Made by a program: the position numbers and the translations under genes. A stretch of 63,734 nucleotides of DNA, filler included, from Reclinomonas americana ATCC 50394 (Eukaryota), in NCBI GenBank assembly GCA_048213135.1. It is 10 parts of 10 records of this genome, joined end to end, with 100 filler letters (N's around TTAATTAATTAA, not from the genome) between each part and the next. Parts side by side here need not be neighbours in the genome. Positions count along the whole stretch, not along the records: positions 1 to 13,377 come from AFZH01023350.1; positions 13,478 to 15,540 come from AFZH01023351.1; positions 15,641 to 20,103 come from AFZH01023352.1; positions 20,204 to 23,503 come from AFZH01023353.1; positions 23,604 to 30,013 come from AFZH01023354.1; 5 more parts are not named here. The stretch is one strand, 5' to 3'. The notes beneath the pieces were generated by a model that did not search any database, had not been told where the DNA came from, and saw only the letters and a program-made list of their open reading frames with translations. This document shows positions 11,990-23,997 of this stretch, one piece after another (within the stretch, counting starts at the first letter, position 1; the number at the start of each line of letters is the position of its first letter).

Positions 11990-14855
11990 TCAGTTGTGCT
12001 TGATGCTGGCGTAGATGGCTCGCAGGAAGAAGAAGCAGGCCAAGAAGCCAATCGCACCCTGCACACGCGTGTGGAGTACGAGTGAGCTTGCATGGCGCAC
12101 GCGTGGCAATGCGCTTCGCGACACTCACCGTCAGCACGAAGAAGAAGAAGGAGATGAGAAGCATGTAGCCAAAGTATAACAAGCCAGACACGAAGGCGAC
12201 AATGTCGAGGCGCGTGAAGAAATACACAAACGAGTAGAGGAAGAGATAGAGAGCCGACGATCCCGATGTTAGGAACGACCTCCACCACCATTGGTGATCC
12301 TGCGCGCGTGCATGACTGAGTGAGAATAAGCGAAACAAGACACTTCCCCTGGCAGGCACGCAACTCCGCCACACAGTTGGAAGTAGCACAACACAATGGT
12401 GATTTCGCCGCAGGTAATAATGAGGATGAAGAACACGATGAAGAGGAAACCGAAGAGGTAGTAGAACTGTTGTTGCCACAACGACGACATGATGAAGAAG
12501 AGCTCGATGAAGACGGCGAAGAACGGGAACACGCCGCCGACCAAGATGGTGAACATTGGTTGCATGTACCACGGCTGCCACAGCACACCGTCGCACACGT
12601 CAGCATTCGACAACAAGTGACACACAGTTTCCCCACACTCACCTGCGGTGGTACGTGACCCGGGAAGTTGCGCGGTTTTACAGGGTATTGAATAGCCTGT
12701 GCGGAAAAATGTAAGCGGGAGAAGAGAGAGAGAGAGAGAGTACTTTTTTGTTGTTTCTCGCATGACACTTGCCTCTTTCCGGAAGCCAAAGTACGCGCCG
12801 ACAAACACGAGTGGCACAGAGATACCGAACCACATGCCGATGAGGCCCACCATGGCGCCGAATGGTACAGCTCCACTCGAGCCCATCATGAACATGACAA
12901 AGTTGAGGAAGACGAATACACCAAAGCAGGCGCCAGGGAACGCCAACGCGGTCTGCAGTACGCACAAGTGAGCGGGCAGACCAGAGGGAGAGAGCAGGGG
13001 AGAAAAAGGTGCCACGGAACGGCAAGGCAGTTGCGCTTCCAGTTCTCGCCACCAAACGTCTTGTAGAACCGCGCAGAGAAATAGCCAGCCACCGCTCTGC
13101 GAGGACGGTGTGAGACATACGAGGATTCGCAGAAAGGTACAGATATACCAACGACGCACCCCATGAGCACATACAGCACGACCATGGCGGTCATCAAGGC
13201 TCCGCGGAACTGTGGTCGCAGGAAGCCGAGCGACGCAAACACTGCGGCGGGGTCGACACGAGGTGAATACTCTGGAATACAAAACAGAGGGAAGGAAAGC
13301 GCGCACACGCACCCATGGTGATCATGGCCATGGACAGCACCTGCACACCGGATCCCACCGCCACCGCAAAGAGATTCNNNNNNNNNNNNNNNNNNNNNNN
13401 NNNNNNNNNNNNNNNNNNNNNTTAATTAATTAANNNNNNNNNNNNNNNNNNNNNNNNNNNNNNNNNNNNNNNNNNNNCCGGGCTTTTCTGGATCAGGCTC
13501 GTGCTTGACACTGGCGACACAATGGTCGGTGAGTGCGCCGTGATCGGATGATAAGAGAAAAAACCGAGCACATACCTAACGGGCTTGATCTCGAAGCCCA
13601 CCACACGCTTGCCCGTGAACGACGGTTCAGTGTGGTACTTGACGGTGAAATCGAGGTGGTTATAAATGTATGGCACATTGGCTTTTGTGTTGGGATACAG
13701 CTGCGGTGCCACGGGCGTGAGGATGATGGAACATACACACACACACACACACACACACGCGCGTGGCAAGCGAGTCACCTCTGGATCGCCGAGGAATCCC
13801 AGCTCAAAGCCGATCTCGTAAGTGCCGCTGCCCTTGAGTACCGACGCCGGCAACCCGTCCAACAACCTGCGCCAGTGAAAGTGAGTCGCCAGCCAGCCAG
13901 TCACCGAATCGAACCGAGGCCGCAACGCAACATGTTCACACGATACTCCTCCTGAATGCGCTGTGCAAAGGCCGCCATCTGCGTGGCATCGTATGTCGGA
14001 TCGCACAGGATGCTGCACGTCTTCTTTTGCATCATCTTGAGCTGTGTGCAGACGATTTAGAAGATCGCCTGCGATTCACACACCCAGAACGCACTCCACA
14101 ACGCAACCGTGTACGCCGAACTCTCGATGCGATCGCCAAAGAGCAACTCGCCCAAGTTCTCTGCGAGTATCGCCAGCAACAGTCAGCCACAGCACATGCA
14201 GGAGCGATTCCCCCCACTGCACGCTGTCCGCACCCGACGCCTGACGAATGCCATCCTTCGGTCTGCGAATGTGCAAGTCAGCAGCGTTGATTGAGAATGA
14301 CAAGCGCCACAGCATCGACGCAACTGGCAGAACGGCAGTGTGTAGTACTCGTACGGCAATTGTGTCTGTGCAGTGAGAGAGTGTGTGTGTGAGGACAACT
14401 CGATCGCCTCCACTGTGAGAGAGAGAGACACGCACCTTGGACGATGTCAACGCGTTGACTTTCAAGTCGAGCTCCTCATCGTCTGCGACCACGAACACTC
14501 AAAGTGTGAATGATCACACTCGCACACGCACAAGCGCACACAGCGCGCGCCAAGACACGTGTGACACACACGCAGGGACTGTTGCCATGGCCATCGCTCT
14601 CTCACACACACACTCTCTCACAAAACACACATGCAATCATCTCTCGCTCTCTCGCAATGTGTGCGCATGTGCAAGTGAGAGTGCACTCGTGTGTGTGTGT
14701 GCATGACGACAGTGGCGAAAAACGAAAGTGAACTTGCCTGCATATGAGCGCGCAGACATGCCCGGCAACTGCGCAGCTGCTGGCACCACCAGCATGCTCA
14801 CTATGGCGAGCACTGCCACCAGCAGAAGCAGCAGCAGCAATGGCGGTCTCACCAT
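11990..14855 (-). CDS. Transmembrane 9 superfamily (EMP70/TM9SF2/4-like) protein, split across the first assembly spacer
   Basis: Contig 2 holds the signal peptide, LPYEYYTLPFC, ENLGELLFGDRIE and IYNHLDFTVKYH. Contig 1 holds GFLRPQFRGAL, WFGISVPLVFVG, WWWRSFLTSG and the end AIYASIKHN*. The middle is lost in gap 13378-13477. Confidence 0.93.
13378..13477. other. Artificial contig spacer (44 N + TTAATTAATTAA + 44 N); also at 15541-15640, 20104-20203, 23504-23603, 30014-30113, 33484-33583, 38871-38970, 58454-58553 and 62567-62666
   Basis: Identical 100-bp blocks containing the six-frame stop linker. Confidence 0.99.
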
Positions 14856-15165
14856 TCGCGTAAGACAATGGAGGACAGATTGCGCAGCGAGCCCCACTGT
14901 CCGCCACATCAAAAAAAAATGTGCGGTTTTCCCCACACTGCTTTACTTCCCGCCTGCGACATGCCGCTACACAGGAGGACACGCAGCATGAGAGAGGACG
15001 ATAGTGATAACGGTGACTTTGTGTGATGCATTCAACATTTCATCGAGTCCATTTCGACGGCGGAGTGCGTGATTTGGACGGTTGTGAGCTCTTTTTCGAA
15101 CATTGCTTGAGTGACAGTCCGAGATTTTTGTGGGTGGCACGCGTGTGTGGTTTGGATCTGAGATT

Positions 15166-15540
15166 ATGAGCAGCACACCGCCGGCGGCGACCCCGCCGGG
15201 CGCATCGACAGCGGCCACAGCGTGTCTGAGTGTGGAGCGCACGCCTCCGATCATGACGCCGCACTCGTCGCGGCCGACTTCGGCACGGCGATCGTCGCGG
15301 TCGGCGCTGACGTTGCGCTTGGAGATGGATGAGGAAGAGGAGGAGCACCGCGCGGCCGCTGAGCAGCAGCTGATGCGACAGGTGGCGGCGCTGGAGGCTG
15401 CGGCGATTCGGCGAAGCAGAGGAGCGGAGGAGCACGACGATTTGTTCGCGGAGCAGGCGGACGAGGATGAGGATGAGGATGTGCGCACTGCTCGTGCCAT
15501 TCGCGCGACTGCCGAGTCCATCTTCTTCTTCCGTTCGGCA
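15166..15540 (+). CDS. 5' part of a hypothetical protein (S/T/P-rich, then acidic), truncated by the gap
   Basis: ATG at 15166 and an open frame with coding-like codon usage to the contig end; divergent from TM9SF. Confidence 0.55.
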
Positions 15541-15683
15541 NNNNNNNNNNNNNNNNNNNNNNNNNNNNNNNNNNNNNNNNNNNNTTAATTAATTAANNNN
15601 NNNNNNNNNNNNNNNNNNNNNNNNNNNNNNNNNNNNNNNNAGCTCAACTCTCTTGCCGATTGCCGCTGACGTGACCGCCGCAG

Positions 15684-16233
15684 CCGGTATCCACAAGTGC
15701 ACGGCGTGTCCGCCACCCGAGCCCGGCACAGTCTACACAGAAACAGGCGTCGTCAGTGAGCAATGTCCACGAGTGTGCGCGCCCGGGTACGAGTGGATTG
15801 TGCAATCGTCGTCGTGTCAACCGTGCCGATCCGGATTCTTCAAGTCGCACAGCGGTAGCCTCCTCCTCTCGACCCAATCAAAGGAGAAGACTTGTGCGTG
15901 TGTTTCTCATTTCATGGTTGCTAATCGCAGGCTCCGTCGCCTGCACGGCATGCGCCAACGCACCGCTGAATAGCTTCTACACTGGTGTCGGATCGACGAC
16001 GAGCGAGTGCACGTTTGTTTCACTGGTGTGTCGCTTTGCTTCGCTACACGCGTCGGTGCTCTTTCTAACAACGCGCGCCACAGTCGGGAGTTTTGATGTC
16101 GCGGGGCACCGGCCATCTGTCCTCGTTCGTGTTTGGTTGTTTAAGCGCGCTGGTGCTGTACTACGTGGCCCGCAAGGCATACGATTGGTGGATTGACGCG
16201 ACGCCGCGGAAGCCCGACGATCTGATGGTTTAA
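15684..16233 (+). CDS. 3' part of a single-pass membrane protein with Cys-rich (GCC2/GCC3, TNFR-like) repeats
   Basis: CTACPPP...CAPGY...CQPCRSGFFK | CTACANAPLNSFYTG | TM segment SFVFGCLSALVLYYVA, then tail ...DDLMV* (TAA 16231-16233). Confidence 0.7.
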
Positions 16234-16699
16234 ATTCATTCAGTGATTGTAGACGTCTGTTGCTTTTTTGTTTACGTCATCGAGGTGATTGATTTGTATG
16301 GGGTGGTGCGCTCATCCCCCTCCTTGGTGCTTGTGTGACTTTCCTTGCCCTCTCTGCTGCTCGCTGATCAGCCGCGTTTTTCGCAGTGCGCGAAAAAATG
16401 ACTGTAGCTTTTGGGCCTTCGTTGTCTTTTTCCTTTTTTGCTAGCCATGCGAGGGAGGTACGTTTACGTATGGGAAGGTGGGTGATACTGCGTGTGGCTG
16501 TTGTGGTCGTTGGTTTATTTTTTTCGTTGTCATCACTGCTTCCGTTCCTGCAGTTGATCGCCGATCGTCATCAGATGTCGCGCGCGCCTGTCTGTTGGCA
16601 AACGAAGCTTGCCGCTGTATCAGCGTCATCACAGTTCACCTGCCCATGGGAATGAGCCGCGTTTTATCGACAGGCGGTAGTGGGTCTGCGATCGGCGGC

Positions 16700-17400
16700 C
16701 ACTCCTGATTTTGGCGCACTTCAACTTTGTGTGACTCCCTCCGTATTCGCGGGATGCACATGTGTGTAACTCCTCCACCCGCCGATGTGCCGCCAGGCAT
16801 TCGTGAGAGTGCGTGGGCGTCTGAGTGTTCATCGCGTACCCAGAGGCGACAACAGACGCCATCAACGAGTGACGTCGATCGCCAACCAGGCAGATGAACG
16901 CTTGAAATGACATCTGTACATCATTCTCCCAGTCGCGCGCTGTGACGATGAGATGGCGAGAAAGCAGCACCACTGCACCTTGCGGAGACACGGAGTGATA
17001 GAAAACGCAAAACCGCCCTCCCTCTGCGTCATCATCGTCTAATCGTCGTGCTTTCGCACGATCAGCCGGCCTCCGGAGCTCCACTTCACTCGCCACGGTG
17101 CGCCGACACGCTCTCTGTGCTCGTTCTCCAGCCACCGCCTGATGGAGATCGTTGCACTTTGCGCCGCCACCAGGGCGCTGACAGGCGGGTCGTCCTCCAC
17201 GAAATATGTGGCTCAACGACACCGCGTTTCGCCGCGTACTCGACAACATGCAATTCGATTTTGCACAATTGGAGTCCGTTTGGCGCGCGCACCCGCTTGG
17301 TGCACCCGCTTCCACCGTTGCGCCTTCCGCGAAACGGCGCTTCGTCACCTCGCCATCCTCTGTGTCAACAGTGACGTTGTGGAGCACCCTCTCGACGCGC
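16700..17400 (-). CDS. Possible exons of a hypothetical protein
   Basis: Long open frame (track ORF 16629-17525) preceded by a pyrimidine tract and acceptor; no recognisable domain. Confidence 0.3.
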
Positions 17401-18189
17401 GGGCACGGGGCGAGGAAGAGAGGGAGAGAGAGAGAGAGTGAATGTGTGTGTCCGGATCGCTGTGCAATATCGCAAGTGTTCGCTGTCCCAACGCAGGGCG
17501 CACAAACACATTTACACACGCACACACACTCGCGACGGCACTGCCGTATGCCACACGAAGAAGCTGTCGACTAAACCAAACCCGATCGCAAAACAAAAGC
17601 CACGCACGGAGATACCCTTTTCAAGACACGCGAGTGAAACCGCTCACATTCCGCCGCCGACGCGCGACGACGATGACACCACGCGAGAGCGACTGATCTT
17701 CGAGCATCATCCGTTGGCGAGGCGGGTGCAAGCTGTTTCTCCAAAGAGTGCCTCGGAGTGCATGTCTGAATGGATATGGCAAGTGGCGATTGGTTCCTCG
17801 AGGCGGCGCACACGATTCTCCTCCCCACGATGGCCCATCCAACATGGACCGCCCTCAGGCCATCATGCCATCGACAACGCAGTCGCATGCGCGCGCCATG
17901 AACAACGCAGCGTTGAGTGGTACGCCTTCTCACTGACGATTCCCCCCATTCACATACCGGCGCAGCGTGCGTTCAGACCCCCTCTCCGCACGGAAATGCA
18001 TTTGCTCTTTCGTGCCCGCACACCCCACACACACCCACACCTCTCACCATCGCTTTGATTCTGTGGTAACCCACGATGCTGCGATGCGCCCGCCCACACA
18101 CCACCCACCACCACCAACGAGTTAAACACAACACAAGCTTATTCTACATTTTGTTTCAGGTGCAACACACTATCGCTCTCTCGTTTGTT

Positions 18190-18565
18190 TTATGGTTGCC
18201 GTGTGACATCAAAGCGCGGAGAGCCGTTGTCATCCAACTCCTGCGCACACAGACAGTGAGGGAACAAGGAACAAGAAAGTGCGCATCGCAGTGGACGAGG
18301 AGGTCGCACTCACCATTGCACTGCCGCAGTGTTCGAGATCGGCGTCGGCATCGGCGTCGGCTGCGTCAAACAGCAATCTCCGCACACTGCGCACAGGGCG
18401 CACGGGGGCGAGTGTGCGAGCAGCAGCGGCCTTGGAGTGCAGCCAGTGCGGCGTGGCAGCTGGCGGACACGTGGCTGGAGGGTGCATGTGGCCATGGTGG
18501 TGTGCGGCCATTGTTGTTGGTGCAGAGGGAGCGATGAAGGGGCGAGTTGATGAGGCGCTCGACAT
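18190..18565 (-). CDS. Small two-exon hypothetical protein (about 100 aa)
   Basis: ATG at 18565, donor GTGAGT at 18313, acceptor CAG at 18241-18243, ends ...FDVTRQP* (18190). Confidence 0.45.
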
Positions 18566-18849
18566 GGAAGGAAGTGGGCGGGAGAGGAAAGGAAAGGGGG
18601 AAATGGGGGGGGGAGTTGTCTTCTCTCGCACGAGCAGCAAAAAATGAAAATGGACAAATGTTCGGATTGGCCAAAATAGTCTTGATCGACCTCGACCGCA
18701 GCACGCGTTGGCTTGTGAACGTGGAAGCAGCGTGTGGAGGGAGGGAGAAGGGCTGTTAGTGCAATGCACGCATGCAGTGGTGCTTCAACATGTCACAATA
18801 TCGATTACGACTTCGCGCAAAAATCGATATCGTCCGAGTGCGTTCCTGA

Positions 18850-19480
18850 TATCGATTGCACGCCATCAGCAAGGAACCCTGCGCTGTTAAAGTGATCGCT
18901 ACAACAAATTCGTGCATGCAACGAACTCGAGCCGATGTTTCTCTTGCTGGAAGCATTTCGACGTCTTGATCAGGGTTCGGATTCTCTCGCGACGTCGATG
19001 GATTTCTCGAATACCTCCGGTGCCCACTCAAGGCTACAAGTATCATGCAGGTGCGTTGGTGCTAGAGTTCGTTGTTGCAACAAATCCTTGCTCTGCTTTC
19101 TCATCATGCATGACCAGCTCGATCGACGTCGAATGCTAAGAAATTTTCAACTTTCGACGTGAACGATCAGAGTCAACACAATGACTCAACAGGAAAGAAA
19201 GTGAAAAACGAGAGGAATGTGAAGACTCCGATCGTATTTTCACTTACGAAACCGTGAGATTCCAACAGTGATGTGGAAATCCGGACTTTCTCCAGTGCCC
19301 ACTCAAGGCACTGCGGTTGTAATGCAACTTTGATGCTGGCATAGTTGTTGTTGCAACAAACTCTTTCTTGCTCCAACCCTGGGTTCTCTTGCAGCATTTC
19401 GAATTTCTCTCGACGTTGTACTCTTTTCTCAAATATCTCAGCTTCCCTAGTGCCAACTCAAAGAAGAAGATGTTCTATGC
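18850..19480 (-). pseudogene. Degenerate internally repeated coding-like sequence (possibly ankyrin-like)
   Basis: Three diverged copies of blocks such as GTTGTTGCAACAAA, AGCATTTCGA and GTGCCCACTCAAGG. Fragments translate to ALSGH, VEML and FVATT in shifting frames with stops. Confidence 0.35.
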
Positions 19481-19582
19481 ATTATGCAGCAGCATCGCTG
19501 TGTGGCCTATGAGAGTTGTTGCTTTGATATCGTATGTCCTGCAAAAAATGCAACGGCCACATTTCGCGTCTCAGGAATCGAC

Positions 19583-19626
<44 letters not shown>

Positions 19627-19669
19627 CCTCCGTGTGAGAGAGTGTGTGTGAGAGAGTGAGAGAGAGAGA

Positions 19670-20203
19670 ATGCGCGCGGCTCATTGGACAGCTGTTGGGC
19701 TTCTTGCGCTTCTCTTTGCGATCTCGGCGGTGGTGTTGCTCACGCGTGAGAACAACATGTTTACGACGATATTTGCGCGGCAACCTGCATCGGTGAGTGT
19801 GTGGAAAGAGAGAGAGAGAGAGACAAAAGAGACAAGAGAGACAAGAGAGGACCAGAGTGAGTGAGAGAGTGAGAGAGTGTGAGAGTGACTGAGTGAGTGA
19901 GTGAGTGAGTGAGTGAGTGAGTGAGTGAGTGAGTGAGTGAGTGAGTGAGAGAGTGAGTGAGTGAGACGAGAGAATGAGAGAGAGAGACACAAGTGAGAGA
20001 GACAAGAGAGAGACAAGAGAGAGAGAGAGAGAGAGACAAGAGAGAGAGAGAGAGAGAGAGTGTGTGAAAGTGTGAGAGTGTGAGTGTGTGTGCGTGAAAG
20101 AGANNNNNNNNNNNNNNNNNNNNNNNNNNNNNNNNNNNNNNNNNNNNTTAATTAATTAANNNNNNNNNNNNNNNNNNNNNNNNNNNNNNNNNNNNNNNNN
20201 NNN

Positions 20204-20251
<48 letters not shown>

Positions 20252-23200
20252 ACTCATCCAGGCATTTCCTGTCTCTCTCTCTCTCTCATCCAGACATTTC
20301 CTCTCTCTCTCTCATCCAGACATTCCTGTCTCTCTCATCCAGACATTCCTGTCTCTCTCATCCAGACATTCCTCTCTCTCTCTCTCATCCAGACATTTCC
20401 TGTCTCTCTCATCCAGACATTTCCTCTCTCTCTCTCATACATTTCTTCTCACATCCAGACATTCCTGACTCTCTCAAGATTTTCCTCTCTCTCTGTCTCA
20501 TCAAGACATTTCCTCTCTCACACACATTGATATTTCGTTCTCCTTCCCTCTCTTCTTCGTTCCCCCATTCGCCCTCTCACTCTGTTCCGTCTTCCTCCTG
20601 ACAATTTTCCTGATCACCGTCTCACCTCGATGTCGTCAGTGGCGCTCTATCCATTCTCCCACTTGCTTTCCCCCTTCCCTTATTCGCCTTCTCACCCTGA
20701 TTTCGTTCCATTATTTCCTATTCCTGTCCCTCTCTCTCGTCCCCCTTTCCCTTTCCACTCACATTCAGACATTTCCTTTACTCTTCCCCTCTTCACTGCC
20801 CTCATTCTCGTTCTTGTCCAGTTCTCTCTGTTCCTCATGTAGACATTCCTTCGCTAGACTCTTTTCATCCTTCCCCCATTCACCCTCTCACTTCGATCTC
20901 TTCCCTGATATGCTGTTCATGCCCATTCTCCCCTCTCTTCCCCTTCCTTCCTCGCCCTCTCCCCTCCGCCCTTTTCCCCCCTTGCGTTTCTTTTCTTGCC
21001 CGCCCACTTTGTTCTCATTATCCTGACCATTTCTGTTCTCCCCTCCCCCACTCACTCTATGCCCCTCCTCCCGTTCATCCTCTCACCCTTGCCCTTCCGC
21101 CCTTTTCCTCATCATCTCCCCTCATCTCTCCTTCCCCCCGTTTGCTCAGCTGGACTTTGAGCGACTGCGGGCGTTGGTCGGCTCCATCCAGAACTGCTCC
21201 ATGAACCTCCGCGTGGTCGTGATTTCGTTTGATGCGACGGGCGGTGAGTGCACGCCTCCCCGATTGTGAGTTTGTCAGTTTGCCGACATTTTTTCCCCCT
21301 CTGTTTGTTTCGCGCCAGGTGCGATACAGGAGAACAAGGCCAGCGAGATGCGCGTGTGGGTCAACACAGATCTCGTGCACATGACCGGCTCCATCAACAA
21401 CGACGACGAAGCACTGGCGCTGATCGAAAAGGCCGTCACCAGTGTGGCTGGCGCCTCCATGGACATCATGTTTATCCAGCCCAGCGTCGTCTTCGGCAAC
21501 TGCCCGAAGCGGCCGTCCACGTCGCTGCGCACGGTCACCATCAATGCGGCGAGCGAGCGCACCGTGCCCAAGTTGCCGCCTGGTCACTGGTACGTCGATA
21601 TCTCTGCATCGTTTTGCGCCGCTTGTGAGTACTGAGTGAAGGGGGGGCGGCGTCGCAGGTTCGAGCGCTCGGGCAAGAGCATTCTTCCGTGTCCGAGTCC
21701 GTGCCCGGGTGGCGCCAATTTGCTGCTGCCCATCCAGTGGCCGGCGCGTTGTCACCTGATGCTGCGCGACAAGGATCCTGAGCTGGAGATGGCGTACCAG
21801 TTGATCAAGGGCGCTGACGGCGTGGTGAGCGAGTCGCCGCTGAATGTGGCCACGCTGACTCCCGAGCGAGTCGCACAAGATAAGCCGGAGATGTGTGTCG
21901 TGATGCCGCTGTATCACCGCGGTCGCGACCCGCTGGAGCAGAGCCATCTGTTCAGCATCTTCATGTGGCAGGTGTGTGTGTGTGTGTGAGAGAGAGAGAG
22001 GAAGAGGAAGTGAGTGAGAGAGTGAGGGAGAGAGAGAAGGAGAGGGGAAGAGAATGAGTGAGGGAGGGAGAGAAGGAGAGGGGATGAGAGTGTGAAAAGG
22101 ATGGAAGGTGAGTGGAAGAGAGTAAGTAAGAGAGGGGAGTGAGTGGGTGTGTGAGTGAAAGTGTGCGAGACAATCACTGACTGAATGAGTAAGTGAGTGG
22201 GTTAGTGTGTGTGTGTGCATGTGTGTGCGATGGATTACACATTCGTGTTATTTGCTCATTTTTCTTTGCAGACCGTGAATCAGCTGTTTGCGAATCTGGA
22301 CGGCACCTATCGGCTGGCGTTCTACTGTTGCGTGGTTCCTGTTGCTGTTAGCTTCGCCGTGCTGCATCTACTCACATTCTGCATCTGTGCAGGGGCCATG
22401 CAGCACGACAAGATTAACACAGACACACCGGGCGAGTTGTCCAAGATTGGCTATCGCGAAGTACGTCTTTTATTATCACCGATGCACGTGACATGCAGTT
22501 GCTGACTGTGGCGCGCGTGCAGTTTAAGAGAATTTTCACCGCCGCTGCCAAACCCGGCGAGATCACGCGCTACCAGACGTACATGACGGGACTGGGGGTG
22601 TGTGCTATGTGCGCTCTTGCTCTCCTTTTTTTTTTCTTTTTGACACCCGTCGCTCTCGACACACAGCCACCCAGTGACAATGTGTATTACCCGCGAAACC
22701 AGCTGGCCTCAGTTTCGTTGACTCTTCCGTCGTTTAGTCGTCGTTGGCTCTGACCCCAAAACCCCCACTTTGTGCAGTTGACATACAACCAAGGATGCAC
22801 GTACTTCTTTTTGACCGACAACGACGCCATCTTCATCGACACCAATTTCATGAATCGGTGCGTGTGCGATGCTGTTCGCTCCTCGTCACCAAGGTTGTCT
22901 CATACTTTCAGCAGCTGGGTCAATGAGCTGCGCTTGATGGGCGACTTTGGGTGCGTTGTGTCGCGCAGTCGTCGAGGAGTGCATCGTCTCACCTGCGGTC
23001 ATTTTGATTGGCAGAGCTGTCGGGAGCGGATGGCGTGACACTCTCTTCAATGCGTTCATTGTTGGGCGCCCGCACTTGGAGATTTTTGGCTCAGTTGCGT
23101 GATCCCTTTCTTCTCTCTTCTCCACTTCTGCCACTAGTGCTCATCTGTTTCACTCCGCAGTACTGGCCTCCGTATTTCCACAACTGGTGAGTGGTTCCAC

Positions 23201-23835
23201 ATGTCGTGATACATAATGCTTGAGGCACAGCACTCCATCCGCTCTCCTGCGTTGTCCACCTGTTTGTGTATCCAGTAAGAAGTCATTTTTGTCCTTTCCA
23301 TGATCGCTTATCTCGGTCTGCTTGTCTGTATATATTCTCTGCCTCTCATGCCTCTCCTATCTCGTTTTCCACATTTCGTCCTCGTATTCTCAGTCGCACT
23401 CCCTCCCTCCCTGCTTGTGCTCCGACTGCCCGCCCATCTTCCCGTTTCTCTATTGTCGCTCCCTTTTTTTGTCTCTCTTCGCTCGCTCTCTCTCTCTCTC
23501 TCTNNNNNNNNNNNNNNNNNNNNNNNNNNNNNNNNNNNNNNNNNNNNTTAATTAATTAANNNNNNNNNNNNNNNNNNNNNNNNNNNNNNNNNNNNNNNNN
23601 NNNGGCGATTGCGCGGTGGCTGTGCCGGCAGGCCGACCAGTCGCACGATCAGGCCGAGAGCACAAGGTTGCGCGCCAAGTGCAACTTCTACGAGCGGGCC
23701 ATCGACAATCCCACCGTGCCCGAGCGTGATCTTATCCTGTGCTCTCAGCAGACGAGGGAGCACCTCGAGGCACTGGCGGCGTACACACGAAATCCTCTCA
23801 CGCAGGACGTTGTGTGGAAGCTCAAGCTGCCATGA
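19670..23835 (+). CDS. Type II membrane GT-A fold (GT2-like) glycosyltransferase spanning contigs 3-5
   Basis: Signal anchor MRAAHWTAVGLLALLFAISAVVLL (19670-19792). Exons 21150-23187 carry TYNQGCTYFFLTDNDAIF, AFIVGRPHLEIFG and YWPPYFHNW. Probable last exon 23604-23835 (...VVWKLKLP*). Confidence 0.7.
19793..20103. repeat. (GA)n/(GAGT)n/(GT)n tract at the 5' end of an intron
   Basis: Seen directly. Confidence 0.95.
20233..20520. repeat. Intronic minisatellite: core ATCCAGACATT(T)CCT with variable (CT)n linkers, about 9-10 copies
   Basis: Seen directly. Confidence 0.9.
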
Positions 23836-23997
23836 ACCAGAAAAAAAAAAGAAGGCTAATGTATGTATGTGTTACGCGGAGTGGTAAAAAAAACACAGCA
23901 GAATAACTTCATTCTTTGTGTGCACGGAGAGCCGCTAAACATCATCGTTCTTATTCACAGTCGGTGGGAGGAGAGAGTGGAGTGGAGATTGCCAAAC

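Noticed and set aside
20233..20520. CRISPR-like repeat-spacer appearance
   Set aside because: The spacers are (CT)n, the repeats are non-palindromic and decaying, there are no cas genes, and the context is a eukaryotic intron.
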